DNA of 59,172 bases, taken from the NCBI GenBank assembly GCA_937138345.1, contig CAKZOW010000029.1, positions 1 to 59,172 of the forward strand, read 5' to 3'. Shown here one piece after another: positions 28,237 to 38,300 of the stretch (position 1 is its first letter; every line of letters starts with the position of its first letter). The notes below the pieces were generated by a model that saw only the letters and a program-made list of their open reading frames with translations, was not told the origin of the DNA and ran no database searches. Made by a program: the position numbers and the translations under genes. Source of the stretch: an uncultured archaeon. Lineage in GTDB: Archaea > Nanobdellota > Nanobdellia > Woesearchaeales > UBA583.

Positions 28237-28249
28237 CAAATCCAACCTT
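28237..28249 (+). repeat. 13-nt direct repeat of the tRNA-iMet T-loop/acceptor 3' region
   Basis: CAAATCCAACCTT is identical to part of the tRNA 3' end (TTCAAATCCAACCTTCGCT). It lies ~100 nt downstream, the same spacing as at tRNA-Leu. Confidence 0.6.
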
Positions 28250-28340
28250 TAATATTATCTAATCAAATTTATTTTTCCTATAAATACTCCAAACTAAAGT
28301 AAATACATTAATTTATATACTCATTTTTTCTTTTTTTTTT

Positions 28341-29867
28341 ATGAACAATAAAGCAATAGCACCTGTTGTGACAGTTGCTCTTATTTTAATTATTACAGTA
28401 CTTGCAACAGTTTCACTTCAAACTTGGTTTTCTTCTTATCAAAGTTCTTTAATTTCTAATTTGAATTCTCAAAATTCAGCAATTGAGAGTAACTTAGAAA
28501 TTGAAGCAGTTTTAGATAATGTTCTTTATTTGGAAAATAAATTAGATTCAGTAGATATTCTAAGAATTGAAATTGACTCAATTGAGTGTAGTGACACTTC
28601 AGGAACATTTTCAAGAGGAATTCATAAAATAAATATTTCTTCTTGTTTATCACTTGCAACTTCTTCACTTCCAACTATTAGAATTGTAACAGAAGATTCT
28701 GTGATGCAAAAGAGTGTTTATTATGATGCTTCAAGTTCTACTTCTTCTCCTATTAGTTCATCTTCATTAATTAATGCAACTGCTCTTTTTGGAGATAATC
28801 CAATTAATGCAGGAGATGGTTTTTATGAGTTTAATTTTTTAGAGTATAATAATAATCTCTATTTCAATAATTATAATTCATCCACAGGAGTTGAACTTTA
28901 TGTTTATGATGGTAATGAGATGAGTTTAGTTGAAGATCTCAGAGCAGAGAGTAATTTTGGTTCAAATCCAATTTATATGACTGTGAGTAATGGAGAATTA
29001 TTTTTTGCAGCAGAAAGATCATCATCAGAGGGAGTTGAATTATTCAAATATAATGGAACATCAATATCACTTATTGAAAACTTCGCATCAGGATCTGCTG
29101 ATTCGAATCCTTCTCATTTAATTGATTATAATAATGAATTATATTTTTCAGCAACAGATGGAACTATAACGCCAAGAATTGAACTCTACACTTATGACGG
29201 TAGCTCAATTACTTTAGTTGAAGATATTAACCCAGGAACTGGTTCATCATTTTTTACTTATCCTTATATTCACAATAATAATTTATTTTTTAGTGCAAAT
29301 GATGGTAGTTTTGGAATTGAAGCATTTACTTATAATAGTTCTTCAGGTGTTAGTAGAATCTCAGATATTAATCCAGGTTCTTCAAATTCTGAGCCTAGAG
29401 GATATATATCCTATCTTGGAGATCTTTATTTCTCAGCAAGAAATAGTAGTACGGGTAATGAGTTATTCAAATATGATGGTTCTTCAGTTAGTCTAGTTGA
29501 AGATATCTATGTTGGTTCTACAGGTTCAAATCCTGATTCATTTGTAATATATCAAGGAGAGTTATATTTTAGTGCATCAACTTCAGCTACTGGTATTGAG
29601 TTATTTAACTATGATGGATCTTCAGTTAGTTTAGTTGAAGATATTATCCCTGGGACTTCAAGTTCATGGCCTTCAGAGTTAAGAGTTTTTAACAATCTTT
29701 TATACTTTGGAGCATATAATGGTTCATCTACTTATAGTTTATATACTTATGATGGTACTACAGTTGAGAGAGTTTTAGATCTCAGAGACTCAGCACCAGG
29801 AGGTTATGAGGTAGAGTTATTTGAGTTTAGAGGAGATTTATATTATAGAGGTTATGAAACAATTTAA
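28341..29867 (+). CDS. type-IV-pilin-like (class III signal peptide) protein with an ELWxxDGT-type repeat propeller
   Basis: The N-terminus is MNNKA|IAPVVTVALILIITVL. It has ~8 repeats of G(V/I)EL(F/Y).Y(D/N)G(S/T)S(V/I)SLVEDI.PG...S.P......N.LYF.A. Confidence 0.7.
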   Translation: MNNKAIAPVVTVALILIITVLATVSLQTWFSSYQSSLISNLNSQNSAIESNLEIEAVLDNVLYLENKLDSVDILRIEIDSIECSDTSGTFSRGIHKINISSCLSLATSSLPTIRIVTEDSVMQKSVYYDASSSTSSPISSSSLINATALFGDNPINAGDGFYEFNFLEYNNNLYFNNYNSSTGVELYVYDGNEMSLVEDLRAESNFGSNPIYMTVSNGELFFAAERSSSEGVELFKYNGTSISLIENFASGSADSNPSHLIDYNNELYFSATDGTITPRIELYTYDGSSITLVEDINPGTGSSFFTYPYIHNNNLFFSANDGSFGIEAFTYNSSSGVSRISDINPGSSNSEPRGYISYLGDLYFSARNSSTGNELFKYDGSSVSLVEDIYVGSTGSNPDSFVIYQGELYFSASTSATGIELFNYDGSSVSLVEDIIPGTSSSWPSELRVFNNLLYFGAYNGSSTYSLYTYDGTTVERVLDLRDSAPGGYEVELFEFRGDLYYRGYETI

Positions 29868-29903
29868 GTTAATTTTATAAATTATTATGACTTACTAGTA
29901 GTT

Positions 29904-30383
29904 ATGGAGGAAAACAAAATTCCATATTATATTGCAAAATATATTATTGAAAAATCAGAAGAATTAGCAGATACAATAACTAAACCATGCACCTTTTATA
30001 TCCAGGGTCCAAAACCTAATGGAAATGGAACTATAAGAGAATCAAGAGTTGTTGAGGGAAGTTCTCCAGATGCAGTTGATTATATGATGAGAGAAGGTTT
30101 ATTCTTCAACCCTACACAAACACCGTCTGAGGGTAATTTATTTTCTCCAAATAATGGTAATATTACAGTTCTAAGAGGTAGTTTTTATTTAGAAGGTAAA
30201 TTTAATTATGAAAAAGTGGGATTAGATATAAAATTGGTAGTAGATGCAAAGTTAGAAGAAAATCCTGATTTAAACTTAATGAGAAACGAAAATTTATTTA
30301 GACAAATGCATGGTTTTTTAGGTTTAGGCTTAACAGATGAAAGACTAGAAAAAGTTATTTCTGACTTGTTTCCAAAACAATAA
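29904..30383 (+). CDS. hypothetical protein
   Basis: 159-aa ORF with no recognisable motif. Confidence 0.45.
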   Translation: MEENKIPYYIAKYIIEKSEELADTITKPCTFYIQGPKPNGNGTIRESRVVEGSSPDAVDYMMREGLFFNPTQTPSEGNLFSPNNGNITVLRGSFYLEGKFNYEKVGLDIKLVVDAKLEENPDLNLMRNENLFRQMHGFLGLGLTDERLEKVISDLFPKQ

Positions 30384-30386
30384 ACT

Positions 30387-30620
30387 ATGGAAAAAAATTT
30401 ACAACAAGCAATTTCAACTGTTTTCAAACAGAGAACAGAAACTTCAAGAAAAATGCATTTAGGTTCATTTGGACCTGATGAATCTTTTCCTTTGAAGTCT
30501 TCAGCTAATGATGCTTATCTAAGATATCAATTATTTCAAACTTCTTCACCTACTATTGGATATAAATCTAATTTAGATACTTCTTGGAAAGATGAAGTAC
30601 TAGAATTATTTGATGATTAA
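30387..30620 (+). CDS. hypothetical small protein
   Basis: 77-aa ORF that starts 3 nt after the previous stop. Confidence 0.4.
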   Translation: MEKNLQQAISTVFKQRTETSRKMHLGSFGPDESFPLKSSANDAYLRYQLFQTSSPTIGYKSNLDTSWKDEVLELFDD

Positions 30621-30689
30621 CTCATATATATTGGATTTATTATTAACATTTCCATACCAATTTATAAATAGTGTATATATTTTCTTAAT

Positions 30690-32108
30690 ATGGAAAACAA
30701 ACGTAAATTAAAATCTTTTTTTATGTTTTTTAATATATTTACTACTTCACTTTCAATTTTTTTATACTTTTTTATTATTTACTTTTTTGTCAGTTATGTA
30801 ACTCAATATCTTAAGAATTCAGTATTAAACATCTCTGAGATTTTACTTTTTTTATTATTTATTTTTTTATTATCACTTCTGGTTAGAATAATCAAACTAT
30901 TTCTAGACTGCTTGTTAGCAAGAGTGTTTTATGAATACTTTTTTATAAATACAATCTCTTTGAAAAGTTCAATTACAGCAATATTTAGATCTTTTCACTC
31001 TATAGTATTTTTTAATTATGTTGGTTTTAGAGCAAATAATTATAGACATATGTTTAAATTGATTACAAATAAAGATTTAAGAAAAAAATTCTTGAAAGGA
31101 GAATTAACAGTTGATGGTGTAATTTTACCGTTAATACTATATAGTAGCTTTTTAGATAATGAGAATATTAACAATATACCATTAGAGAATGTTTATGAAT
31201 ATATTCTCAATAAATATGACTTAATAGTTAAAAGAGAAATTATTTTATTGGAGATAAATGAAAGAGAGTCAATATTTTTTTCTCTATTCAATCCTATATC
31301 ATTGCCAATTTATATTACTTTTTTTATACTTGGTTTTGAAATTACTAATTCTATATTAATAATTTTTGTTTGGGCATATATTGGAATATTACTAGGATAT
31401 CTTTTACACTTCAAGAGAACTTTTGAAGTATCTTATATCTATAATTTAACTGTTGCATCCTTTTTGAAAGATTCTAGAGAGGAGATGAATCTGCTTTTTG
31501 ATAAAACCAAAAATTTATTATTTTATAAATATAAAAATCCTCTTAAAGAACACTACTTCAGATACTCTAGAATGTGTTTTGTTTCTATTTTTATTGTTGC
31601 TTTGATTATTTTTCGTCTAATAGATAATGGTTATATTTCTATGGAAAAATTTCCATTTATTATACTTCCAATTATCTTTACACTAGTCTTTTTAATGTCT
31701 AAGTTTTCAAATTATGGAATTAATCTTGAACTATTTAAATACTTATCAGATGATGATGGAAGAAGAGATTTTTATAACTTAAGTTCAAATTCAAATAAAT
31801 CTGAGTCAGAAAATCCACATCCACCAATTGTTGGCCTTTTTTTATTTAAAATGGTATATACATTAACACTTATTGGATATATTCCATTTGTAAATATTCT
31901 TATAGCACCAATTAATATTTTTCTTTCCTTGATTTTGTTATTTATTAATTTCTTATTTAGTCCCGATAGAAGAAGTGTGGGATACATTTTCATACCCTTA
32001 TTAGGTTCAATTTTTCTTGTGGCAATTTTTTTTAATATCCTTATTGCTTATTTTTTACGTAAACATATGAAAAAAATAATTAATCTTCCGATTAATTACA
32101 GTAAATAA
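30690..32108 (+). CDS. hypothetical polytopic membrane protein
   Basis: 472 aa with about 10 hydrophobic segments. No motif recognised. Confidence 0.5.
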   Translation: MENKRKLKSFFMFFNIFTTSLSIFLYFFIIYFFVSYVTQYLKNSVLNISEILLFLLFIFLLSLLVRIIKLFLDCLLARVFYEYFFINTISLKSSITAIFRSFHSIVFFNYVGFRANNYRHMFKLITNKDLRKKFLKGELTVDGVILPLILYSSFLDNENINNIPLENVYEYILNKYDLIVKREIILLEINERESIFFSLFNPISLPIYITFFILGFEITNSILIIFVWAYIGILLGYLLHFKRTFEVSYIYNLTVASFLKDSREEMNLLFDKTKNLLFYKYKNPLKEHYFRYSRMCFVSIFIVALIIFRLIDNGYISMEKFPFIILPIIFTLVFLMSKFSNYGINLELFKYLSDDDGRRDFYNLSSNSNKSESENPHPPIVGLFLFKMVYTLTLIGYIPFVNILIAPINIFLSLILLFINFLFSPDRRSVGYIFIPLLGSIFLVAIFFNILIAYFLRKHMKKIINLPINYSK

Positions 32109-32151
32109 TTTTGAAGATTAATTTTATATTTAATTTTTTATTTATATTCTT

Positions 32152-32349
32152 ATGAGATCAAAAGAAGATATTAAAGCAGATATTGATAAGCAATTTAAAC
32201 TCTTTGAAAAAGAGTATTTAGAACTTGGCACAAAAAGTGAAGAACTAGATCAAGAGCAACAAATTTTAGAGAGAAAATACAAAGAGTTAGATGAAAAATC
32301 AGGACTCAATAGACTTTTTGAAGAATTAGCAGAGTTAGAAGAAAATTAG
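32152..32349 (+). CDS. small acidic coiled-coil protein
   Basis: 65 aa, E/K/L-rich with a heptad-like pattern. Confidence 0.35.
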   Translation: MRSKEDIKADIDKQFKLFEKEYLELGTKSEELDQEQQILERKYKELDEKSGLNRLFEELAELEEN

Positions 32350-32391
32350 TACTACTATAAAGTTTAAAAATAACTAACTATTAATATATCT

Positions 32392-33102
32392 ATGAATACA
32401 AGAACTGAGAGGGAAAAGTTCATTTCAGCATTAGAATATAAAATTAAACATCTGGGACTTCAAGATACTCAGAAGTATGAAACACAACTATCCATCCTTA
32501 GAGAAAATTTAGATAATAAAGAATATTTCAAACAATTACAAGAAATTTACTTTAAAGATGAGATTTGGAAATCAAATATTGGACATATTCCTTTCCACCT
32601 TCAAGGATTAGGTTATGATTTAGAAAAAATAGTTGATTCTTATTCTCAGGTTGTAGAAGTTCTCGTTAAAAAACCAGGTATTTATAGGACTCCAGGTATA
32701 TTAATGTATAATCCAGGTTCCGAATCTTTTGAGAGCTGGACTCAGGTATATCACGATACTTATGATAAACATAGAGGTGCAAATAAAAGTGCTTCGCAGT
32801 TTTTAAACAGAGATGAGAGTTACCAAGTTGAGAAGTTAACTTTCTTTGAGGGATTTGGATACTTGAGAGAGAGTTCCAAGCAATTATCAATGTTTGCAAG
32901 ATTTGATAAAATTATAGGGAAAAGTAATTCTAAGAAAACTTCTCTTGTAAAGCTTTATGCTACTAGAAAACTTAGAAATAAATCTTCTGGATATTTAACC
33001 ACTATCCATGGTTTTCCAATTTCAGAGATTGATTTACATAAATCAAAAATTTTAACAAAATATCAAAAGGAGAAAATATTAGATCAAAAAATCTCTCTTT
33101 AA
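32392..33102 (+). CDS. hypothetical protein
   Basis: 236-aa ORF with no recognisable motif. Confidence 0.45.
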   Translation: MNTRTEREKFISALEYKIKHLGLQDTQKYETQLSILRENLDNKEYFKQLQEIYFKDEIWKSNIGHIPFHLQGLGYDLEKIVDSYSQVVEVLVKKPGIYRTPGILMYNPGSESFESWTQVYHDTYDKHRGANKSASQFLNRDESYQVEKLTFFEGFGYLRESSKQLSMFARFDKIIGKSNSKKTSLVKLYATRKLRNKSSGYLTTIHGFPISEIDLHKSKILTKYQKEKILDQKISL

Positions 33103-33139
33103 ACCATATATTTATTAATCTAAAATTCTTAATTAAGAT

Positions 33140-33583
33140 ATGAAAAAAGAAACTCTCTCAAAAGTATGGAATATTATTTTCTCATTAGTATTTATTTTAA
33201 TTTTTGCCTTATTTGCATCAATGAATTCAGACATCATTGAATCTATTACATTATTTGAAATAGTAGTTATCACCTTAGCTACTTTTAGACTCATTAGATT
33301 AGTTGTTTATGATAAAATTATGAAATGGCTCAGAGATATTTTTGAATTGGATGAGCCTACAGGGATTAATCAAACTCTTAAAGATTTAACTTCATGTCCT
33401 TGGTGTTTTGGAGTATGGGCAACACTTATTATCTTTATAATTAATTTTTCGATTCCAGGAGGGAGTTTATTCACACTTTTACTTGCAATTTCAGGTGTTG
33501 CTGCAGTAATTCAAATTACTATCAATTTAATTGGTTGGAATGCTCAATATAAAAAAATTGAAACACAAAAATTAGAAAAATAA
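33140..33583 (+). CDS. DUF1360-like membrane protein
   Basis: ATFRLIRLVVYDKI ... CPWCFGVWA matches the DUF1360 pattern. Confidence 0.55.
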   Translation: MKKETLSKVWNIIFSLVFILIFALFASMNSDIIESITLFEIVVITLATFRLIRLVVYDKIMKWLRDIFELDEPTGINQTLKDLTSCPWCFGVWATLIIFIINFSIPGGSLFTLLLAISGVAAVIQITINLIGWNAQYKKIETQKLEK

Positions 33584-33644
33584 TGTGTTGTATTTTTGAG
33601 GGTTTGCTATAATTTAAAAAGAAGTTGATTTGCTCATTATTATA

Positions 33645-34523
33645 ATGAATTTTTCTTTAAAAGAAACACAAAAAATTAGAATTTTGTTTTTTAGTAAAAT
33701 TATTTTTTTATTATTTGCATATTATTTTTTAACACAGGTAAAACTAGAAGTTGATATGTTTATCTTAGATTTATTATTAAAATTAGTTATTACATTTATA
33801 GGAATTTATATCATTACTTCATTTGTAAAATCTTTTCTTTTATTTTTTTATAGAAAAAGAATGAAGTATAGCCTAGATCAAGAAGATAATGTTATTTTAG
33901 GTTTAACAAGAGTTACTAGTATTATTTCATATATCGTCTTTATTTTTTTTGTTCTCTATATTATAGGAGTTGATTTAGTTTTATTTTTGACTTCATTATC
34001 TATTTTTTCAGTAGGTATTGCAATTATTTTCAAAGAGTATATTACAAATTTTATTAGCGGTATGGTTATTATGTTTTCTAAAGATTTCAAATTAAAAGAA
34101 TATGTAAGAATTGGAGATATGAAAGGAAGAATTATTGATATTACCTTTTCAAATGTTGAAGTAAAAACTGATATTGGAAATATTATTTTTATTCCAAATA
34201 ATCAATTTTTAGTATCAGAAGTTATTAATTTTAGTAAGTCTAATGTAAAGAGAATTGACTTTGATTTTACGCTGGGTTTTCATTATTATAATAAAATAGA
34301 TAAATTAGAGAAATATGTTTCACAAAAATTAGTTGAGAAATTTGATGGAATTATTAACGAGGATGCTATTTTAATTAAGGCTAAAGAAATTAAACAAGAT
34401 GAAACGCTTTTTGTTGTAGAACTTTTAGTTACACGTTATAATTTTAAAATTGAAAACGAAATTAAAAAATATCTCTCAAAGCAAATTATTAAGTTTTTAT
34501 ATAGAAATAGAAAGAAAAAATAA
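33645..34523 (+). CDS. small-conductance mechanosensitive channel (MscS family)
   Basis: FKEYITNFISGMVIMFSKDFKLKEYVRIGDMKGRIIDITFSNVEVKTDIGNIIFIPNNQF is the MS_channel core. Start trimmed from TTG to the ATG. Confidence 0.8.
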   Translation: MNFSLKETQKIRILFFSKIIFLLFAYYFLTQVKLEVDMFILDLLLKLVITFIGIYIITSFVKSFLLFFYRKRMKYSLDQEDNVILGLTRVTSIISYIVFIFFVLYIIGVDLVLFLTSLSIFSVGIAIIFKEYITNFISGMVIMFSKDFKLKEYVRIGDMKGRIIDITFSNVEVKTDIGNIIFIPNNQFLVSEVINFSKSNVKRIDFDFTLGFHYYNKIDKLEKYVSQKLVEKFDGIINEDAILIKAKEIKQDETLFVVELLVTRYNFKIENEIKKYLSKQIIKFLYRNRKKK

Positions 34524-35192
34524 TTATAATTGATTAATTATTTCTTTAGCAACTTTAGCTGCTGATTGTGGATTTTGACCCGTGATAAGATTACTATCTA
34601 CAATTACATGCTCACTCCAAGGCTGCATTTTTTTGTATAGTTTTGCTTTTCTTGTTAGTGATTCTTCAAGTAGATAAGGAATTTTTTCAAGTGTTCCCAT
34701 CTCAATTTCTTCTTCTCTTGTAAATCCAGTAACTTCTCTACCTTCAAGTATTGAAGATCCATTTGAGAGTGTAATTGGAAGTAAAGCTGCAGGTCCATGA
34801 CATACTGAACCTAGAGGTTTACTTGATTCAAAGAATTGAGCACTTTTTTTACCAAGTTCTTCATGAGATGCAATATCGGTTAAAAGTCCATATCCTCCGG
34901 GATAATAGATTGCATCATAAGCTGAGAAATCAAGATCTAATACTTTTTTAGTATCTTCTATTTTAGATTTAAATTCTGAGTTTTCATATACACTTGTATT
35001 AATTGAATCATCAGGAGTATCTATTCCATAAAGTGGAGCATTACCTCCAGTAATTGATGCAATATCATAATCAATGTTTTGTTCATTAAATTCGTGAACT
35101 GCATGTGTTAGTTCTGGAAGATATGTACCATTTTGTTCTTCAGTGTCTCCTAATGTGGAGTGATTTGTTACAATGATTAAGATTTTTTTCAT
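34524..35192 (-). CDS. DJ-1/PfpI (type 1 glutamine amidotransferase-like) family protein
   Basis: YDAIYYPGGYG and the nucleophile elbow GSVCHGPAALL. Confidence 0.85.
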   Translation of the reverse strand: MKKILIIVTNHSTLGDTEEQNGTYLPELTHAVHEFNEQNIDYDIASITGGNAPLYGIDTPDDSINTSVYENSEFKSKIEDTKKVLDLDFSAYDAIYYPGGYGLLTDIASHEELGKKSAQFFESSKPLGSVCHGPAALLPITLSNGSSILEGREVTGFTREEEIEMGTLEKIPYLLEESLTRKAKLYKKMQPWSEHVIVDSNLITGQNPQSAAKVAKEIINQL

Positions 35193-35337
35193 GTAATATG
35201 ATTATGATTTCTACACTTATAAAACATAGGGTTATGTGATTGATTTTTTTGTTATTTTCATAGCTTCAATGTGTTTTGTTTTATTGTTTTAACAAGAGAT
35301 AACATAATTTTATAAAAACCTATTTTTGAAAATATCT

Positions 35338-38300
35338 ATGAATTTTAAAAAGATATTAGCAACTTTATTCTTGTTACTATTTCTTATCTCATCAATTTAT
35401 TCTTTTGGGAATGTAAAAGATGATAAAAAGAATCAAAGATATATTATTGTTTTTGAAGATGATAGTCCAAGCACTTTTTCAACGAGAAGTATTGAATCAA
35501 AACCCCCAATAGAAAAAGTATTGGATATGATGGAGAGTAAAGAAGAAGTAATCTCTGAGAAAACTTCTAAAGAAACTATGCCGTCTATATTATCCTCATC
35601 AAAAACAGTTAAAACTCCACAAAATAATGATTTCTCAAATAATTCTCCAAAGGAAATTGATTATATTGAATATTCAAATTTATTTGAAGGTATTTCTTTA
35701 GAAATTAATGATAGTGATATTGTTGAGGAATTAGCATCACAAGATTTTGTAAAAGAAATTTATCTAGATGAAGAATTTGATATTTTAGTTTCAAATACAA
35801 CAAGAAACCTACTCAATATTTCTCAAATTTGGAATGGAATAAATTCATCATACACTGGAAAGGGAGTAAGTGTCGCAGTATTAGATACTGGTCTTGACAT
35901 TAACCATCCCGATTTTAATTATTGTAGTAGTTTTGATGGAGAAGAGATAACTTATTTAGGAACAAGAGTTGACTTACTAGTAGAATCCCAACATCCTTAT
36001 TTACCTAATTCAAAAAATAATATTGAATATGTAAACGGTACTACTGTCCCTGTAAGTTTTGAGAGTGTACATCCTTATCCTAAAAATTCACAAGAAGAAG
36101 TTTCATTTTTTGATTCTGCTTTAGAAACTTCTTTTAACTTTAGTACAAACCACCCTTATGAAAATGATGAAAATGTTTCATTTGAAATTAACCTTTCACA
36201 TTTACATGCCGAGAATATTATTGTTGAATTAAAAAATTTTTCATTAGAAACTAACTTTGATTTTCTCTACCTTTATGATAAAAATAATGTTTTGGTAGAA
36301 ACCTATGATGGAAATTTAGGAGACTTTAATTCAACATTAATTAATGGTGATTATGTAAAAGGAGTATTTACATCAGATTATAGCATCACAGAACATGGTT
36401 TTGATATCGAGAGAGTATTCTATAATGTTTCAAATTATACATCATTAATTCCTCAAAAAGATTTTTACTTAAATGTTAGCGAATACAACTTTGACTCATA
36501 CAAACTCAATTTTAGAAATTTATCTATTGAAAGATATGATTTTTTAGTTATTTGGAATGAACAGAATACTTTATTAGATTTTTATCAAACTTCAGATTCT
36601 GGTACAAATATTTTATCTTCTTTGTTTGATGAAGATTTTTTACATTTTGAATTTTATAGTGATGAAGAATTTGAAGATTATGGATTTTATATTGATTTTA
36701 TTGAAGGTAATTATTCAATTATTAATGCATCATATACGGAAGTTATAAATCTCTCAACATATGGAGCACAAAATTTCACCTTAGTTTTTGATCAGGTTGA
36801 TGTAGAACAAGGAGATGATTTTATTGAATTTTATTTAGAGAATGGTTCTTTACTTGAAACAATAACTGGAGTAAACAATGGATTGGAGATATTTGTTCCA
36901 GGAGATTATGTTAGAATTGAATTAGATTCAGATTCGTTTACGGAAAACTTTGGATATAATACATCTCATGTTTTAATCAATGTTTCAAAAAGTGTAGATA
37001 TAGATGAAAATTGTACACAAGTCGCTGACTTTTATGATTTTTATAATAATGATGAAGATCCATTTGATGATCAGGGTCATGGGACACATGTGGCCTCAAC
37101 AATTGCATCAAATAACTCAAATCCAAATCTTTTAGGAATAGCACCTGATGTGGAGTTAGGAATTTACAAAGTATGTGGAACATTTAATTGTAGAACATCT
37201 TCAATTTTAGCTGCAATGGATAGGGCAGTTGACCCTAATGGAGATGGTAATTACTCCGATAGATTTGACATTATTAGTATGAGTCTAGGAAATGGTGCTT
37301 CAGACCCTAATTATTTAACTTCTCTAGCTGTGGATAATTTATCATCTTTTGGTATTATTCCAGTAATTGCAGGAGGTAACTCGGGATCTGAGTATGGTAC
37401 TATTGGGAGTCCAGGTACTTCTCGTTCAGCAATTACAGTAGGAGCTACATTTAAAGATTCAGAAGCATATGGTTTTGATTTTGGAAATCCAGATGATGTT
37501 GTTTATTTTAGTTCAAGAGGACCTACTTCAATAGGTACAATAAAACCAGATGTTGTTGCACCAGGAGTTAATATTTGTGCGGCAAGGACTTCATGGGGTT
37601 CTTATTCCTCTTCACAGAGTTGTGTTGATTCAAATCATGTTGAAATATCAGGAACTTCAATGGCAACACCTATTGTTTCTGGATCTGTTGCTTTAATTAA
37701 AGAAGCTCATCCATCTTGGAGTTTAAAAGAAATAAAAGCTTCACTTAAAGCAACTGCAAAAGATGTAGGTGATGATTATTTTACTCAAGGGTGGGGTAGA
37801 ATCCAACCTTTAGAAGTAATTAATTTAGAGAGACCAGCATGTGTTGTAGAATTTGATACACAAAACTATGATGAGGATATCTCAAATCTTAGTTCATTAT
37901 CTTTAGATGCATTGATTAATTGTGGGAACTTTTCTCATTATGAATTGGTCTATATCCCAATAAATACATATTCTGATATGAGTAATTACTACAACGAGTC
38001 AAATCAAGTAGTGTTGTACAATGGATCATCACAAGGTTCTATTTCAACTACTATTTCAACTTCAAATATACTAAGAGGTTTTTTAAAACTCATAGCACAT
38101 GATTATAATGAGACATATTCTAATTATGATTTACTTTATTTTCAAAACATAGGGTCAGATTTTTTTCTAGATAATATTTATTATATTTCTGATTCAAGAA
38201 ATGGTAGAAATGTTGTAGATCCATATGTATCAATTAGATATGAAATAGATAATTTTGGTTCTTATACATCTTCATTTGAAGTAATCGAGAGTGTATATTA

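Noticed and set aside
33630-33644. TTG/GTG-initiated N-terminal extensions in the ORF track (1660, 27650, 33630, 35326, 41472, 42352, 43339, 49834, 51428, 54663)
   Set aside because: Each extension runs into a TATA-like box or upstream feature. Each is followed within a few codons by an ATG that starts a sensible signal peptide or conserved N-terminus, so the starts were trimmed to those ATGs.
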